From an uncultured Sporobacter sp. (lineage in GTDB: Bacteria > Bacillota > Clostridia > Oscillospirales > Oscillospiraceae): a stretch of DNA of 32,000 nucleotides. Below are positions 1-9,268 of the stretch, piece after piece. A program made the translations under genes and the position numbers. Below the pieces are notes generated by a model that saw only the letters and a program-made list of their open reading frames with translations, searched no databases and was not told the origin of the DNA. The stretch's first letter is position 1; each line of letters opens with the position of its first letter. The stretch spans positions 2,063,003 to 2,095,002 of the forward strand of contig CAXXEF010000001.1 in assembly GCA_963677825.2 (NCBI GenBank), written 5' to 3'.

Positions 1-1613
1 CCGTCGTACCCATCACGGCGAAAACGGGCGAAAACCTGGAGGAGCTCCTGCACATGGCGCACCGGCAGATGCATATCGGCTACACCATCGAGCCGGACGA
101 TTTATACGACGACTTTACACATGAAATTCATCACCGCGTCGGGCGGCTGATTCATGATAAAGCTTATGCCGCCGGTATCCCGGCGCACTGGGCGTCGATT
201 AAGCTCATCGAGGGCGACGAAATCGTCGCCGAGGCGCTCGGGCTGGATGACGAGACGAAAGCCAAGCTGGGCGAGATCGTCGGCGAATACGCGGCATCGA
301 ACAGGCTGGGTGACCGCGAGACGATGATCGCCGACAGCCGCTACCAGTACATCGGCAGTATTGTGGACGCCGCCGTCAAGCGCGGCTTGCCGCACGGCTC
401 GGTATCGGCGACGGAGAAAATCGACAAAGTCGTCACGCACCGCATCTTCGCGATGCCGCTGTTTTTACTGATGATGCTCGTCATGTTCGCCGTCACATTC
501 GGGCCGGCTGGCGCGTTCTTATCCGACGGCATGGCCTTCGTCATCGACGCGCTGTCCGGCTGGCTGAGTACAGCGCTCACGTCGGCCGCCGCCGCGCCGT
601 GGCTCGTTAGCCTCATCACAGACGGCATCATATCGGGCGTCGGCGGTGTGGTAACGTTTTTACCGCAAATTGCGCTCTTGTTCTTTTTCCTGTCGCTCCT
701 GGAGGACTCGGGCTACATGGCGCGCGCCGCGTTCATCATGGACCGGCTGCTGCGGCATTTCGGATTATCGGGCAAAGCGTTTATCCCGATGCTGATGGGC
801 TTTGGGTGCACCGTGCCAGCCGTTATGGGCGCGCGGACGATGGAAAACGAAAAAGACCGCCGTATGACGATCATGCTCGTGCCATTCATGAGCTGCTCGG
901 CCAAGCTGCCTGTTTACGGTCTGATCGCGTCGGCATTTTTCGGCGCGTGGGCCGGACTTGCTGTCTTCTCGCTGTACCTGCTGGGGATGATCATGGCCGT
1001 TGTGTCGGGGCTGATCCTGAAAAAGACGCTGTTTGCTGGTGTGCCGGCGCCGTTTGTGATGGAGCTGCCGCCGTACCGCATGCCGTCGCTGGGTAACACG
1101 CTCACGCACGTCTGGGACCGCGTCAAGGGCTTTCTTGTGCGTGCCGGCACGCTTATCTTCCTTATGAGCATCATCATCTGGTTTTTGCAGAACTTCAATA
1201 CGAGCTTCCAGATGGTCGATAACAGCGCCGACGGGATGCTCGCCGCGCTCGGCGGCGCCATCGCGCCGATATTTAAGCCGCTCGGCTTCGGGATGTGGCA
1301 AGCCGCCGTCGCACTGCTGACGGGGCTGATCGCCAAGGAAGCCGTCGTCGCGTCGCTGTCGATGTTTTACGGTTTCTCACTGACGGCCGGCGCCGGTGTC
1401 GTCGCCGCGGCAATGACGGGATTTACGCCGCTATCGGCGTTCGCGTATCTCGTATTCATATTATTATATGTACCGTGTGTCGCAGCCGTCGCGACGATCT
1501 ACCGCGAAATGAACAGTCTCAAATGGACGGTGGTGTCCGTCGGCTGGCAGCTGGCGGCGGCGTATATTGCCGCGCTCGTCGTGTTCCAGCTCGGTCGGTT
1601 GATCGGGCTGTAA
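1..1613 (+). CDS. feoB: Ferrous iron transporter FeoB, C-terminal part (5' end outside window)
   Basis: Frame 3 is open from the window edge (VVPITAKTGENLEELL resembles the end of the G-domain). It continues into a long polytopic membrane domain typical of FeoB. Stop at 1611-1613. Confidence 0.9.
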   Translation, partial: VVPITAKTGENLEELLHMAHRQMHIGYTIEPDDLYDDFTHEIHHRVGRLIHDKAYAAGIPAHWASIKLIEGDEIVAEALGLDDETKAKLGEIVGEYAASNRLGDRETMIADSRYQYIGSIVDAAVKRGLPHGSVSATEKIDKVVTHRIFAMPLFLLMMLVMFAVTFGPAGAFLSDGMAFVIDALSGWLSTALTSAAAAPWLVSLITDGIISGVGGVVTFLPQIALLFFFLSLLEDSGYMARAAFIMDRLLRHFGLSGKAFIPMLMGFGCTVPAVMGARTMENEKDRRMTIMLVPFMSCSAKLPVYGLIASAFFGAWAGLAVFSLYLLGMIMAVVSGLILKKTLFAGVPAPFVMELPPYRMPSLGNTLTHVWDRVKGFLVRAGTLIFLMSIIIWFLQNFNTSFQMVDNSADGMLAALGGAIAPIFKPLGFGMWQAAVALLTGLIAKEAVVASLSMFYGFSLTAGAGVVAAAMTGFTPLSAFAYLVFILLYVPCVAAVATIYREMNSLKWTVVSVGWQLAAAYIAALVVFQLGRLIGL

Positions 1614-1624
1614 ACAACATCGAA

Positions 1625-1660
1625 AAAGAGCGCCGGCGTGTGAAGCAGGCGCTCTTTTAT
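1625..1660 (+). terminator. Intrinsic terminator after feoB
   Basis: Stem aaagagcgcc / ggcgctcttt with a 13-nt loop, running into a T tract, 12 nt after the feoB stop. Confidence 0.7.
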
Positions 1661-1734
1661 GCACGATTTGGTAACGTCTGCGTATAATCGGAAAACTTCG
1701 GATAAAAATATTTCTCGCGGACGCATATTTCCTA

Positions 1735-1763
1735 TTGACAGCAAGGGTCATGTTTGATATTCT
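1735..1763 (+). promoter_or_regulatory. Candidate sigma-A promoter of the S10 operon
   Basis: TTGACA (1735-1740), 17-nt spacer, TATTCT (1758-1763), with an AT-rich upstream tract. Lies ~370 nt upstream of the rpsJ ATG. Confidence 0.5.
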
Positions 1764-1951
1764 AACAAAGCGCCTGTAGGGCAGGAGTCCTCATGCGCAC
1801 TGCGATGATTCGGGAGATTGCAGGCTTTGCCTGGTCACTTCCGAGGAGTATGTCCGGTATCGGCCGGGCGCGGAAACGCGCTTTTGAGGGCCGGTACGCA
1901 ATCGGGCGGCTGAGAAAGTGCTGTTTAGGCGTATATCGCCATGATCAGGAA

Positions 1952-1986
1952 CAAACCGGCCGGAATTATGTGCCGGTTTGATTTAT
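1952..1986 (+). promoter_or_regulatory. Terminator-like hairpin inside the rpsJ leader (candidate attenuator)
   Basis: Perfect 9-bp stem caaaccggc / gccggtttg (1952-1960 / 1972-1980), 11-nt loop, followed by ATTTAT. Confidence 0.4.
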
Positions 1987-2131
1987 GAGCAGGAATGATA
2001 CGCACGGTTATGTGTACAGAATTTTCTCTCCGTACGGATTTTGTGCGGTGAATCGACAAAAGCCGCGCAGACGGCAGCGAAAAGCGCTGTCGCACATGCA
2101 AAAAACGTACATGAATGGAGGAACCACCAAC

Positions 2132-2443
2132 ATGGCAGCAAAGAAAATGATCCGCATCAGACTTAAAGCGTACGACCATCAGCTCATTGATCAGGCAGCA
2201 GGCCAGATCGTCGAGACGGCCAAGCGCACAGACGCGAAGGTCTCCGGACCGATTCCGCTTCCCACAAAGAAAGAAATCATCACGATCCTGCGCGCCGTCC
2301 ATAAGTATAAGGACAGCCGTGAGCAGTTTGAACGCTTGACGCACAAGCGCCTGATCGACATCATCAGCCCGACACAGAAAACCGTCGAGTCGCTGATGGC
2401 GCTCGAGCTTCCCGCCGGCGTCGAGATCGAAATCAAGCTCTAA
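2132..2443 (+). CDS. rpsJ: 30S ribosomal protein S10
   Basis: [20 protein letters not shown]... is a canonical S10 N-terminus. GGAGGA lies 9 nt upstream of ATG 2132. The ORF-track start at 1985 adds a non-homologous 49-aa extension. Confidence 0.96.
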   Translation: MAAKKMIRIRLKAYDHQLIDQAAGQIVETAKRTDAKVSGPIPLPTKKEIITILRAVHKYKDSREQFERLTHKRLIDIISPTQKTVESLMALELPAGVEIEIKL

Positions 2444-2590
2444 TAGAGGCGCACAAACAACTCAATAGCAAGCATATACCATATAATTAGCGATCACCCA
2501 TCGTCCGCCTTTTTGCGCGGACGGGGTCACGTTGGGGCGCTGCGACCGCGCGGCGCGTCAACCAATAACCTTTAATGAGGAGGAACATAC

Positions 2591-3286
2591 ATGGATAAGG
2601 CGATCATCGGTAAAAAGGTCGGCATGACGCAGATCTTCGATGAAAAGGGCAAAGTGATCCCGGTCACTGTCATTGAAGCCGGGCCCTGCGTCGTCGTGCA
2701 GAAAAAAAGCGCCGACAAAGACGGCTACGACGCTGTGCAGCTTGGCTTCATGGACGTCGGAGAGAAAAAGCTCTCCAAACCGGAAGCCGGCCACCTGAAA
2801 AAGGCGGGCGCGGCGATGAAGAAGTATCTCAAAGAGTTTCGGCTTTCCAAGTCCGGCGAAATGAACGTCGGCGACGAGCTTAAGGCCGACGTGTTCGCAG
2901 CCGGCGACAAAATCGACATTACCGGCATTTCAAAGGGTAAGGGCTTCGCCGGCGTTATCAAACGCCACGGCGCGCACCGCACCCCGATGTCACACGGCGG
3001 CGGCCCCGTCCACCGTCACGCGGGCTCGATGGGCTCCGGTACGGACCCGTCGCGCATCTTCAAAGGTAAAATCGGTGCCGGACACATGGGCAGCGAGCAG
3101 GTAACCGTTCAAAACCTCGACGTCGTCAAGGTTGATCCCGAGCTGAACATGATCGCCGTGCGCGGCGCTGTGCCAGGCCCGAAGGGCGGTATCGTTTATC
3201 TGAGCAACACCGTTAAAAAGCACGTTATTAAGACCGGCGTCAAGACGGTCAGCACCAACCCGCAGAAGAAATCTGCGAGAAGCTAA
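2591..3286 (+). CDS. rplC: 50S ribosomal protein L3
   Basis: Product recognised from the translated sequence and its position in the S10 operon. GAGGAGG RBS. Confidence 0.97.
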   Translation: MDKAIIGKKVGMTQIFDEKGKVIPVTVIEAGPCVVVQKKSADKDGYDAVQLGFMDVGEKKLSKPEAGHLKKAGAAMKKYLKEFRLSKSGEMNVGDELKADVFAAGDKIDITGISKGKGFAGVIKRHGAHRTPMSHGGGPVHRHAGSMGSGTDPSRIFKGKIGAGHMGSEQVTVQNLDVVKVDPELNMIAVRGAVPGPKGGIVYLSNTVKKHVIKTGVKTVSTNPQKKSARS

Positions 3287-3303
3287 GGAGAGGAGAGTAA
3301 AAC

Positions 3304-3927
3304 ATGCCTACAGTTAAAGTCTATGACATGGCTGGCGAGGTGACCGGCGAGGTCGAGCTCTCCGAAGCCGTGTTTGGTATCGCACCGAACAAAAACGCGC
3401 TGCATGAATCTGTTAAAAATCATCTGGCCAATAAACGTCAGGGCACCCAGTCCGCGCTCACGCGTGCCGAGGTTTCCGGCGGCGGCGCCAAGCCGTATCG
3501 CCAGAAGGGTACCGGCCGCGCCCGTCAGGGCTCGACGCGCGCCCCGCATTTTACGCACGGCGGCGTCGCGTTTGCGCCGAAGCCGCGCTCGTACACGTAT
3601 TCGCTCAACAAGAAACTTAAGCGCCTCGCGCTGAAGTCTGCGCTGTCGCAGAAAGCCATCGATAATGCCGTCATCGTTGTGGACGGCCTCGAGATGGACG
3701 CCATCAAGACGAAAGACTTCGTCAAGTTCCTCGCCGCCGTCGGCGCGACGGGCAAGGCGCTCGTCGTCACGCCCGAAGTACGCGAGGCGGTCATCAAAAG
3801 CGCGCGCAACATCCCCGGCGTCAAGACAACGATTGCCACCGTATTAAGCGCCTACGATGTGCTCAACGCCAAAATGTTTGTCGTTGACAAGGCAGCGCTC
3901 GACAAGATCGAGGAGGTATACGCCTAA
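3304..3927 (+). CDS. rplD: 50S ribosomal protein L4
   Basis: Product recognised from the translated sequence and operon order. AAGGAGAGGAG RBS. Confidence 0.97.
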   Translation: MPTVKVYDMAGEVTGEVELSEAVFGIAPNKNALHESVKNHLANKRQGTQSALTRAEVSGGGAKPYRQKGTGRARQGSTRAPHFTHGGVAFAPKPRSYTYSLNKKLKRLALKSALSQKAIDNAVIVVDGLEMDAIKTKDFVKFLAAVGATGKALVVTPEVREAVIKSARNIPGVKTTIATVLSAYDVLNAKMFVVDKAALDKIEEVYA

Positions 3928-4223
3928 TGAAGTCCGCTTACGATATTGTCATCCGCCCGATCATCACCGAACAGTCGATGGAGCAGGGCGACATCAACAA
4001 ATATGCCTTTGAGGTTGCGCGAGACGCCAACAAGATTGAGATCAAAAAAGCGATCGAAGAGATTTTCGGCGTGAAGGTCATGAAGGTCACGACGCTCAAC
4101 GTTCAGGGCAAGATCAAGCGCACCGGCCGCTATCCGGCTGGTTCGCAGCGCTCCTGGAAGAAGGCTGTTATCCGCCTGACCCCGGAATCTAAAACGATCG
4201 AGTTCTTCGAAGGAATGGTTTAA
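3927..4223 (+). CDS. rplW: 50S ribosomal protein L23
   Basis: Product recognised from the translated sequence and operon order. Its ATG overlaps the rplD stop (TAATG). Confidence 0.96.
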   Translation: MKSAYDIVIRPIITEQSMEQGDINKYAFEVARDANKIEIKKAIEEIFGVKVMKVTTLNVQGKIKRTGRYPAGSQRSWKKAVIRLTPESKTIEFFEGMV

Positions 4224-4237
4224 GGGAGGAAAACTGA

Positions 4238-5074
4238 ATGTCCGTTAAGTATTACAGACCCACCACTCCGTCGAGAAGGCACATGACCGTTTCCGGCTTC
4301 GACGGAATTGATAAAAAGGCCAAGCCCGAGCGCAAGCTCGTCGAGCCGCTCAAGAAGCATTCCGGCCGCAACAGCTATGGCCGCATCACCGTGCGCCACA
4401 AGGGCGGCGGCAACCGCAGAAAGTACCGCTTGATCGACTTCAAACGCGACAAGCACGAGGTTGAAGGTACCGTTCTGCGCTTGGAGTACGATCCGAACCG
4501 CTCGGCGAACATCGCGCTTGTGCAGTATCCCGACGGTGAGCGCCGCTACATCGTCGCACCGGTCGGACTGGGCGCTGGAGACGTCGTCTCCTCGTCGGAA
4601 AAAGCCGACATCAAGCCCGGCAACACACTGCCGATTTCCGCGATCCCTGTCGGTACTGTTATCCACAACATCGAGCTGTACCCCGGCAAGGGCGCACAGC
4701 TTGTCCGCTCGGCCGGCGCACAGGCTCAGCTGATGGCTAAAGAAGGCAATCTCGCGCAGGTGCGTCTGCCCTCGGGCGAGTATCGCATGATCCGCATCAG
4801 CTGCAAAGCCACGATCGGTCAGGTCGGTAACGCCGACCACTCGAACATCTCCATCGGCAAGGCCGGACGCAAACGTCACATGGGCATCCGCCCGACGGTG
4901 CGCGGTTCGGTCATGAACCCCAACGACCATCCGCACGGCGGTGGTGAGGGCAAAAGCCCGATCGGCCGTCCCGGCCCAGTCACCCCGTGGGGCAAACCGA
5001 CACTCGGCTATAAGACACGCAAGACGAAGAACCAGACTGATCAGTTCATTGTCAAGCGCCGCAACGCGAAATAA
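4238..5074 (+). CDS. rplB: 50S ribosomal protein L2
   Basis: Contains hallmark L2 motifs ([29 protein letters not shown]). Confidence 0.98.
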   Translation: MSVKYYRPTTPSRRHMTVSGFDGIDKKAKPERKLVEPLKKHSGRNSYGRITVRHKGGGNRRKYRLIDFKRDKHEVEGTVLRLEYDPNRSANIALVQYPDGERRYIVAPVGLGAGDVVSSSEKADIKPGNTLPISAIPVGTVIHNIELYPGKGAQLVRSAGAQAQLMAKEGNLAQVRLPSGEYRMIRISCKATIGQVGNADHSNISIGKAGRKRHMGIRPTVRGSVMNPNDHPHGGGEGKSPIGRPGPVTPWGKPTLGYKTRKTKNQTDQFIVKRRNAK

Positions 5075-5094
5075 GGTAAGGAGGTCCAACTGAT

Positions 5095-5367
5095 ATGAGC
5101 AGAAGTGTTAAAAAAGGCCCCTTTGCCGCGCCAGAGCTGCTGAAGAGGGTCGATGAAATGAACAAATCCGGCAACAAGAAGGTGCTTAAGACCTGGTCGC
5201 GCGCGACCACGATCTTCCCGTCTTTTGTCGGTCACACAATCGCCGTGCATGACGGCCGCCGCCACGTCCCCGTCTACGTTACCGAGGATATGGTCGGCCA
5301 CAAGCTGGGCGAATTCGCGCCGACGCGGACCTATCGTGGCCACGCCGGCAGCAAGACAACAAGGTAA
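5095..5367 (+). CDS. rpsS: 30S ribosomal protein S19
   Basis: [10 protein letters not shown]... and [12 protein letters not shown] motifs. Confidence 0.98.
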   Translation: MSRSVKKGPFAAPELLKRVDEMNKSGNKKVLKTWSRATTIFPSFVGHTIAVHDGRRHVPVYVTEDMVGHKLGEFAPTRTYRGHAGSKTTR

Positions 5368-5382
5368 GGAGGCAGACAATCT

Positions 5383-5718
5383 ATGGATGCAAAGGCACAT
5401 CTGAAATATGCCCGCATATCACCCAGAAAGGTTAAGATCGTCTGCGACCTTATCCGGGGTAAAGATACGAAGACAGCGCAGGCCATCCTGATGCAAACGC
5501 CCAAGGCGGCGTCCGAGCTGATGCTCAAGCTGCTTAAAAGCGCCGTTTCCAACGCCGAAAACAATCACAACCTTGATCCCGACAATCTCTTTGTTGCAGA
5601 GACGTTTGCCAACCCCGGCCCCATCATCAAGCGCATGATGCCCCGGGCCCAGGGCAGAGCGTACCGCATCAACAAGAGAACGTCGCACATCACGATCGTT
5701 GTGAAGGAAAAGGAATAG
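5383..5718 (+). CDS. rplV: 50S ribosomal protein L22
   Basis: [18 protein letters not shown] motif and operon order. Confidence 0.97.
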   Translation: MDAKAHLKYARISPRKVKIVCDLIRGKDTKTAQAILMQTPKAASELMLKLLKSAVSNAENNHNLDPDNLFVAETFANPGPIIKRMMPRAQGRAYRINKRTSHITIVVKEKE

Positions 5719-5728
5719 GGGGCAGCTT

Positions 5729-6862
5729 ATGGGACAGAAAGTAAATCCACATGGATTCCGCGTCGGCGTCATCAAAGACTGGGATTCGCGCTGGTTCGCC
5801 AGAAGCGATAAAGTCGGCGATCTGATCGTCGAAGATTATAACATCCGCAAGTATCTCAAAAAGACCCTGTTCAACGCTGGCATTCCGAAGATCGAGATCG
5901 AGCGCGATAACGCGAAGATCCGCATCCTCATTCATTGCGCGCGTCCCGGTGTTGTCATCGGCAAGGGCGGCGAAGCGATTGAAAAGCTGCGCGTTGAGAT
6001 GGAAAAACGCCTCGGCAAGCCCGTGGCACTGTCGATTGTCGAAGTCAGAAATGCCGACACGAATGCACAGCTTGTTGCTGAGAGCATTGCTGACAAGCTC
6101 GAAAAGCGCATCGGCTTCCGCCGCGCAATGAAAAATGCGATGGGCCGCGCGATGCGTATGGGCGTACGCGGTATCAAGGTTATGGTAGCCGGACGCCTCA
6201 ACGGCGCCGAGATCGCCAGAAGCGAAATGTACCACGAAGGCACCATCCCGCTGCAGACACTGCGTGCGGATATCGAATACGGCTTCGCCGAAGCCGCCAC
6301 GACCTATGGCCGCATCGGCGTCAAGGTCTGGATCTACAACGGCGAGATTCTCAATCAGACGCTGCGGACCACGCCGCGTACGATGGATACAACCAAGCAG
6401 CCCAAAGATCGGCGCGATCGCGGTGATCGGCGCGGCGGGCGCGGCGGCTACAACCGCGGCGGCCAAGGCGGCTACAACCGCGGCGGACAGACCGGCGGCT
6501 CGACGGGCGGCTATAACCGCGGCGGGCAGACCGGCGGCTCGACGGGCGGTTACAACCGCGGCGGGCAGACCGGCGGCTCGACGGGCGGCTATAATCGCGG
6601 CGGACAGACCGGCGGCTCGACGGGCGGTTACAACCGCGGCGGGCAGACCGGCGGCCAGGGCGGTTATAATCGTGGCGGACAGACCGGCGGCTACAACAAC
6701 AACCGTACCGGTCAGACCGGCACTCCGGCCAATCGTCCGGCTTCGGGAGGCACTTCCGCTCCGGCCAATCGTCCGGCTACGGGGGGTACTTCTGCTCCGG
6801 CCAATCGTCCGGCTACAGGAGGCACGCCTGCTCCGGCTCCGAAAGAAGGAGGCAATAGCTGA
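5729..6862 (+). CDS. rpsC: 30S ribosomal protein S3 with a long low-complexity C-terminal extension
   Basis: [13 protein letters not shown]... begins a canonical uS3 core of ~210 aa (KH and C-terminal domains). About 160 aa of R/G/Y/N/Q/T repeats follow. The stop overlaps the rplP ATG (TGATG). Confidence 0.95.
   Translation: MGQKVNPHGFRVGVIKDWDSRWFARSDKVGDLIVEDYNIRKYLKKTLFNAGIPKIEIERDNAKIRILIHCARPGVVIGKGGEAIEKLRVEMEKRLGKPVALSIVEVRNADTNAQLVAESIADKLEKRIGFRRAMKNAMGRAMRMGVRGIKVMVAGRLNGAEIARSEMYHEGTIPLQTLRADIEYGFAEAATTYGRIGVKVWIYNGEILNQTLRTTPRTMDTTKQPKDRRDRGDRRGGRGGYNRGGQGGYNRGGQTGGSTGGYNRGGQTGGSTGGYNRGGQTGGSTGGYNRGGQTGGSTGGYNRGGQTGGQGGYNRGGQTGGYNNNRTGQTGTPANRPASGGTSAPANRPATGGTSAPANRPATGGTPAPAPKEGGNS
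6443..6700 (+). repeat. In-frame tandem repeat array (24-39 bp units) encoding GGYNRGGQ(TGGST)
   Basis: Four near-identical 39-bp units (6467-6622) are flanked by shorter variants. Synonymous differences between units (tac/tat, gga/ggg) show the units are not identical copies. Confidence 0.9.
6725..6832 (+). repeat. In-frame 36-bp x3 tandem repeat encoding PANRPA(S/T)GGT(S/P)A
   Basis: ccggccaatcgtccggct... is repeated three times head to tail inside rpsC. Confidence 0.9.
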
Positions 6863-7287
6863 TGCTTTTACCGAAAAGAGTCAAATACCGTAAGGTTATG
6901 CGCGGCCGCATGAAGGGCAAAGCCACGCGCGGCAACACTGTAACCTACGGCGAATTCGGCATGCAGGCCATGGAGCCGGCATGGATCACATCCAATCAGA
7001 TTGAAGCGGCCCGTATCGCCATGACACGCTATACCAAGCGCGGCGGTAAGGTCTGGATCAAGATATTTCCCGATAAGCCGGTAACATCCAAGCCGGCAGA
7101 GACGCGCATGGGCTCCGGTAAAGGCTCACCCGAATACTGGGTTGCCGTCGTCAAGCCCGGCCGTGTTCTGTTTGAAATCGCCGGCGTGACCGAGGAAGCC
7201 GCCCGCGAGGCGATTCGTCTGGCCAGCCACAAGCTGCCGCTTAAGACGAAATTCGTCATCCGCGAAACCGAGACAGGTGGTGAATAA
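6862..7287 (+). CDS. rplP: 50S ribosomal protein L16
   Basis: [19 protein letters not shown]... is a canonical L16 N-terminus. Confidence 0.98.
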   Translation: MLLPKRVKYRKVMRGRMKGKATRGNTVTYGEFGMQAMEPAWITSNQIEAARIAMTRYTKRGGKVWIKIFPDKPVTSKPAETRMGSGKGSPEYWVAVVKPGRVLFEIAGVTEEAAREAIRLASHKLPLKTKFVIRETETGGE

Positions 7288-7288
7288 G

Positions 7289-7483
7289 ATGAAGGCAAGT
7301 GAAGTTCGCAAACTCTCCGACGTCGAACTGGAAGAAAAGCTGTCCGATCTCAAAAAGGATCTGTTTTTCCTGAGGATGCAGCACGCCACGAATCAGCTTG
7401 ACAACCCCATCAAGATCAGCCAGGTCAAGAAAGATATTGCCCGAGTCAAGACAGTTATTCGCCTGAAACAGCTCGGACAGTGA
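7289..7483 (+). CDS. rpmC: 50S ribosomal protein L29
   Basis: [18 protein letters not shown]... AGGTGG lies 8 nt upstream of ATG 7289. The track start (GTG 7277) overlaps the rplP end and is less likely. Confidence 0.93.
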   Translation: MKASEVRKLSDVELEEKLSDLKKDLFFLRMQHATNQLDNPIKISQVKKDIARVKTVIRLKQLGQ

Positions 7484-7496
7484 GGAGGTCAGACAG

Positions 7497-7760
7497 ATGA
7501 GTGACATTAGAACATCGTCCAGAAAGACGAGAGTCGGCAAAGTTGTGTCCGACAAAATGGATAAAACGATCGTCGTGGCCGTTGAAGACCGCGTTCAGCA
7601 TCCGCTGTATAAAAAGATCATACGTAGAACATACAAAATCAAAGCGCACGACGAGAAGAACGACTGCGGCATCGGCGACCGCGTTCGCGTAATGGAAACG
7701 CGTCCGCTGTCCCGCGATAAGCGCTGGCGGCTCGTCGAGATTTTAGAGAAGGCAAAGTAA
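7497..7760 (+). CDS. rpsQ: 30S ribosomal protein S17
   Basis: [19 protein letters not shown] motif and GAGGAGG RBS. Confidence 0.97.
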   Translation: MSDIRTSSRKTRVGKVVSDKMDKTIVVAVEDRVQHPLYKKIIRRTYKIKAHDEKNDCGIGDRVRVMETRPLSRDKRWRLVEILEKAK

Positions 7761-7772
7761 GGAGGCGCCAGA

Positions 7773-8141
7773 ATGATTCAGCAAGAAACACTTCTGAAGG
7801 TTGCCGACAATAGCGGCGCCAAGGAAATTAAATGCATCCGCGTGCTCGGCGGCTCCAAACGCAGATACGGCAACATTGGCGATGTCATCGTCGCGTCTGT
7901 ACGCAAAGCGGCGCCGGGCGCTGCAGTGAAAAAGGGCGAGGTCGTCCGCGCCGTCATCGTGCGATCGGCCAAGGGCGTTCACCGTACCGACGGTACCTAC
8001 GTCCGCTTTGACGAAAACGCTGCCGTGCTTATTAAAGAAGATAAGAACCCGCGGGGCACCCGTATCTTCGGGCCCGTGGCCAGAGAGCTGCGCGACAAGG
8101 AGTATATGAAGATCCTGTCACTTGCTCCCGAAGTGATATAG
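7773..8141 (+). CDS. rplN: 50S ribosomal protein L14
   Basis: [18 protein letters not shown]... is canonical L14. Confidence 0.98.
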   Translation: MIQQETLLKVADNSGAKEIKCIRVLGGSKRRYGNIGDVIVASVRKAAPGAAVKKGEVVRAVIVRSAKGVHRTDGTYVRFDENAAVLIKEDKNPRGTRIFGPVARELRDKEYMKILSLAPEVI

Positions 8142-8154
8142 GGAGGCACGAGCT

Positions 8155-8463
8155 ATGGATATCAAAAGAAACGATACGGTTGTCGTCCTGTCCGGCAAAG
8201 ACAAGGGTAAACAGGGCAAGGTGCTGCAAGCCGACCCGAAGGGCAGCAAGGTAATCGTCGAGGGCGTCAACACGGCCAAGCGGCACACCAAGCCGCGCAA
8301 GCAGGGTGATCCCGGCGGCATTATCAAAAAGGATACACCGATCTATGCGAGCAAGGTTATGCGCGTGTGCCCGAAGTGCAATAAACCCACGCGGGCTGCC
8401 CATACGTTCAAAAAAGACGGTACGAAAGTGCGCCAGTGCAAAAAGTGCGGCGCGGAAATTTAA
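8155..8463 (+). CDS. rplX: 50S ribosomal protein L24 (KOW) with a CxxC...CxxC C-terminus
   Basis: KOW motif [15 protein letters not shown]. The C-terminus carries CPKC and CKKC 18 residues apart. Confidence 0.96.
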   Translation: MDIKRNDTVVVLSGKDKGKQGKVLQADPKGSKVIVEGVNTAKRHTKPRKQGDPGGIIKKDTPIYASKVMRVCPKCNKPTRAAHTFKKDGTKVRQCKKCGAEI

Positions 8464-8481
8464 GAAAGGAGTGACTGACAC

Positions 8482-9024
8482 ATGACACGCATGAAACAAA
8501 AATATCAAGACGAAGTCGCTCCGGCTATGATGAAGAAATTCAGCTATAAAAGCGTGATGCAGATTCCGAAGGTCGACAAAATCGTTGTCAACGTCGGCGC
8601 CGGCGACGCGCGCGACAACGCCAAGGCAATCGATGCCGTCGTTAAGGACATCTCCACCATCACCGGCCAGAAGGCCGTCGTGACGAAAGCGCGCAAATCT
8701 GTCGCCAACTTTAAGCTGCGCGAAGGTATGCCCGTCGGCGTCAAGGTGACGCTGCGTTCGGACATGATGTGGGAGTTTCTCGACAGACTGTTTAACGTTG
8801 CGCTGCCGCGCGTACGCGACTTCCGCGGCATCTCCGCCAACTCTTTCGACGGCCGCGGCAACTATGCGCTCGGCATCAAGGAGCAGCTGATTTTCCCGGA
8901 GATCGACTACGATAAGATCGAAAAGATCAGAGGCATGGACATCGCCATCTGCACGACGGCGAACAGCGACGAAGAAGCCAAGGAACTGCTTGAGCTGCTC
9001 GGCGCGCCGTTCATACAGGCGTAA
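8482..9024 (+). CDS. rplE: 50S ribosomal protein L5
   Basis: Product recognised from the translated sequence and spc operon order. Confidence 0.97.
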   Translation: MTRMKQKYQDEVAPAMMKKFSYKSVMQIPKVDKIVVNVGAGDARDNAKAIDAVVKDISTITGQKAVVTKARKSVANFKLREGMPVGVKVTLRSDMMWEFLDRLFNVALPRVRDFRGISANSFDGRGNYALGIKEQLIFPEIDYDKIEKIRGMDIAICTTANSDEEAKELLELLGAPFIQA

Positions 9025-9034
9025 GGAGGCTAAC

Positions 9035-9220
9035 ATGGCAAAAAAAGCAATGATTTTAAAGCAGCAGCGCGAGCCCAAGTTCTCCAGCCGCCGCTATAAC
9101 CGCTGCAAGATTTGCGGCCGCCCGCATGCGTATCTCCGCGACTACGGCGTATGCCGTATTTGCTTCCGGAACCTTGCCTACAAAGGCGAGATCCCCGGCG
9201 TACGCAAGGCATCCTGGTAA
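9035..9220 (+). CDS. rpsN: 30S ribosomal protein S14, short zinc-binding (type Z) form
   Basis: 61 aa, [11 protein letters not shown]... with CKIC and CRIC. AAGGAGG lies 7 nt upstream of ATG 9035. The track start at 8990 lies inside rplE. Confidence 0.95.
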   Translation: MAKKAMILKQQREPKFSSRRYNRCKICGRPHAYLRDYGVCRICFRNLAYKGEIPGVRKASW

Positions 9221-9268
9221 AATTCCGCCACACTTCGGCTTGGTAAAATTACCGCACTCTTTGCGTTG
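9215..9268 (+). repeat. 26-nt-period direct duplication spanning the rpsN stop codon
   Basis: TGGTAAAATT occurs at 9215-9224 and again at 9241-9250. The following ~16 nt are roughly 70% similar by eye. Confidence 0.6.

Noticed and set aside
1793-1981. 62-aa ORF with an AGGAG 5 nt upstream, inside the rpsJ leader.
   Set aside because: It is Arg-rich and uses cgg/agg/aga codons that the real genes here appear to avoid. Its stop lies inside the leader hairpin. It is more likely non-coding leader RNA, though this is not formally excluded.
1880-1985. Partial resemblance to TPP-riboswitch core elements (CTGAGA at ~1901-1906, then CCATGATCAGG).
   Set aside because: The other conserved parts are missing (the GGGGTGC-type P2 and the ACCC...CCTGATCTGG...GCG...AGGGA arrangement). 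The genomic context, upstream of rpsJ, is also wrong for thiamine control.
1985-2131. N-terminal extensions implied by ORF-track starts for rpsJ (1985), rpsN (8990), rpsH (9460), the DHH gene (25021), ylxR (28445), nusA (29838), rimP (30241) and the XpaC-like gene (20437).
   Set aside because: In each case a downstream ATG gives the canonical family N-terminus and has a properly spaced SD. The upstream extension either overlaps the preceding gene or lacks an SD.
6443-6832. Regularly spaced 36-39-bp repeats that could superficially look like a CRISPR array.
   Set aside because: The units are directly abutting with no unique spacers, are not palindromic, and lie inside the rpsC reading frame.
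6264-6893. 209-aa alternative-frame ORF ([17 protein letters not shown]...) across the rpsC repeat region.
   Set aside because: It is a frame-shifted shadow of the in-frame GGYNRGGQ repeat. The S3 frame is continuous with the conserved core and ends in a coupled TGATG with rplP.
8032-9078. Long ORFs antisense to, or out of frame with, conserved genes. Examples: 4220-5089(-), 5690-6466(-), 8032-9078(-), 10505-11302(-), 11661-12857(-), 15728-16906(-), 17409-18146(-), 25536-27158(+), 27870-28589(+), 29248-29784(+).
   Set aside because: Each lies entirely opposite or out of frame with a confidently identified housekeeping gene. They have Arg/Ala/Gly/His-rich, non-protein-like composition and no SD. 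This is the usual artefact of stop-codon depletion in GC-rich coding DNA.
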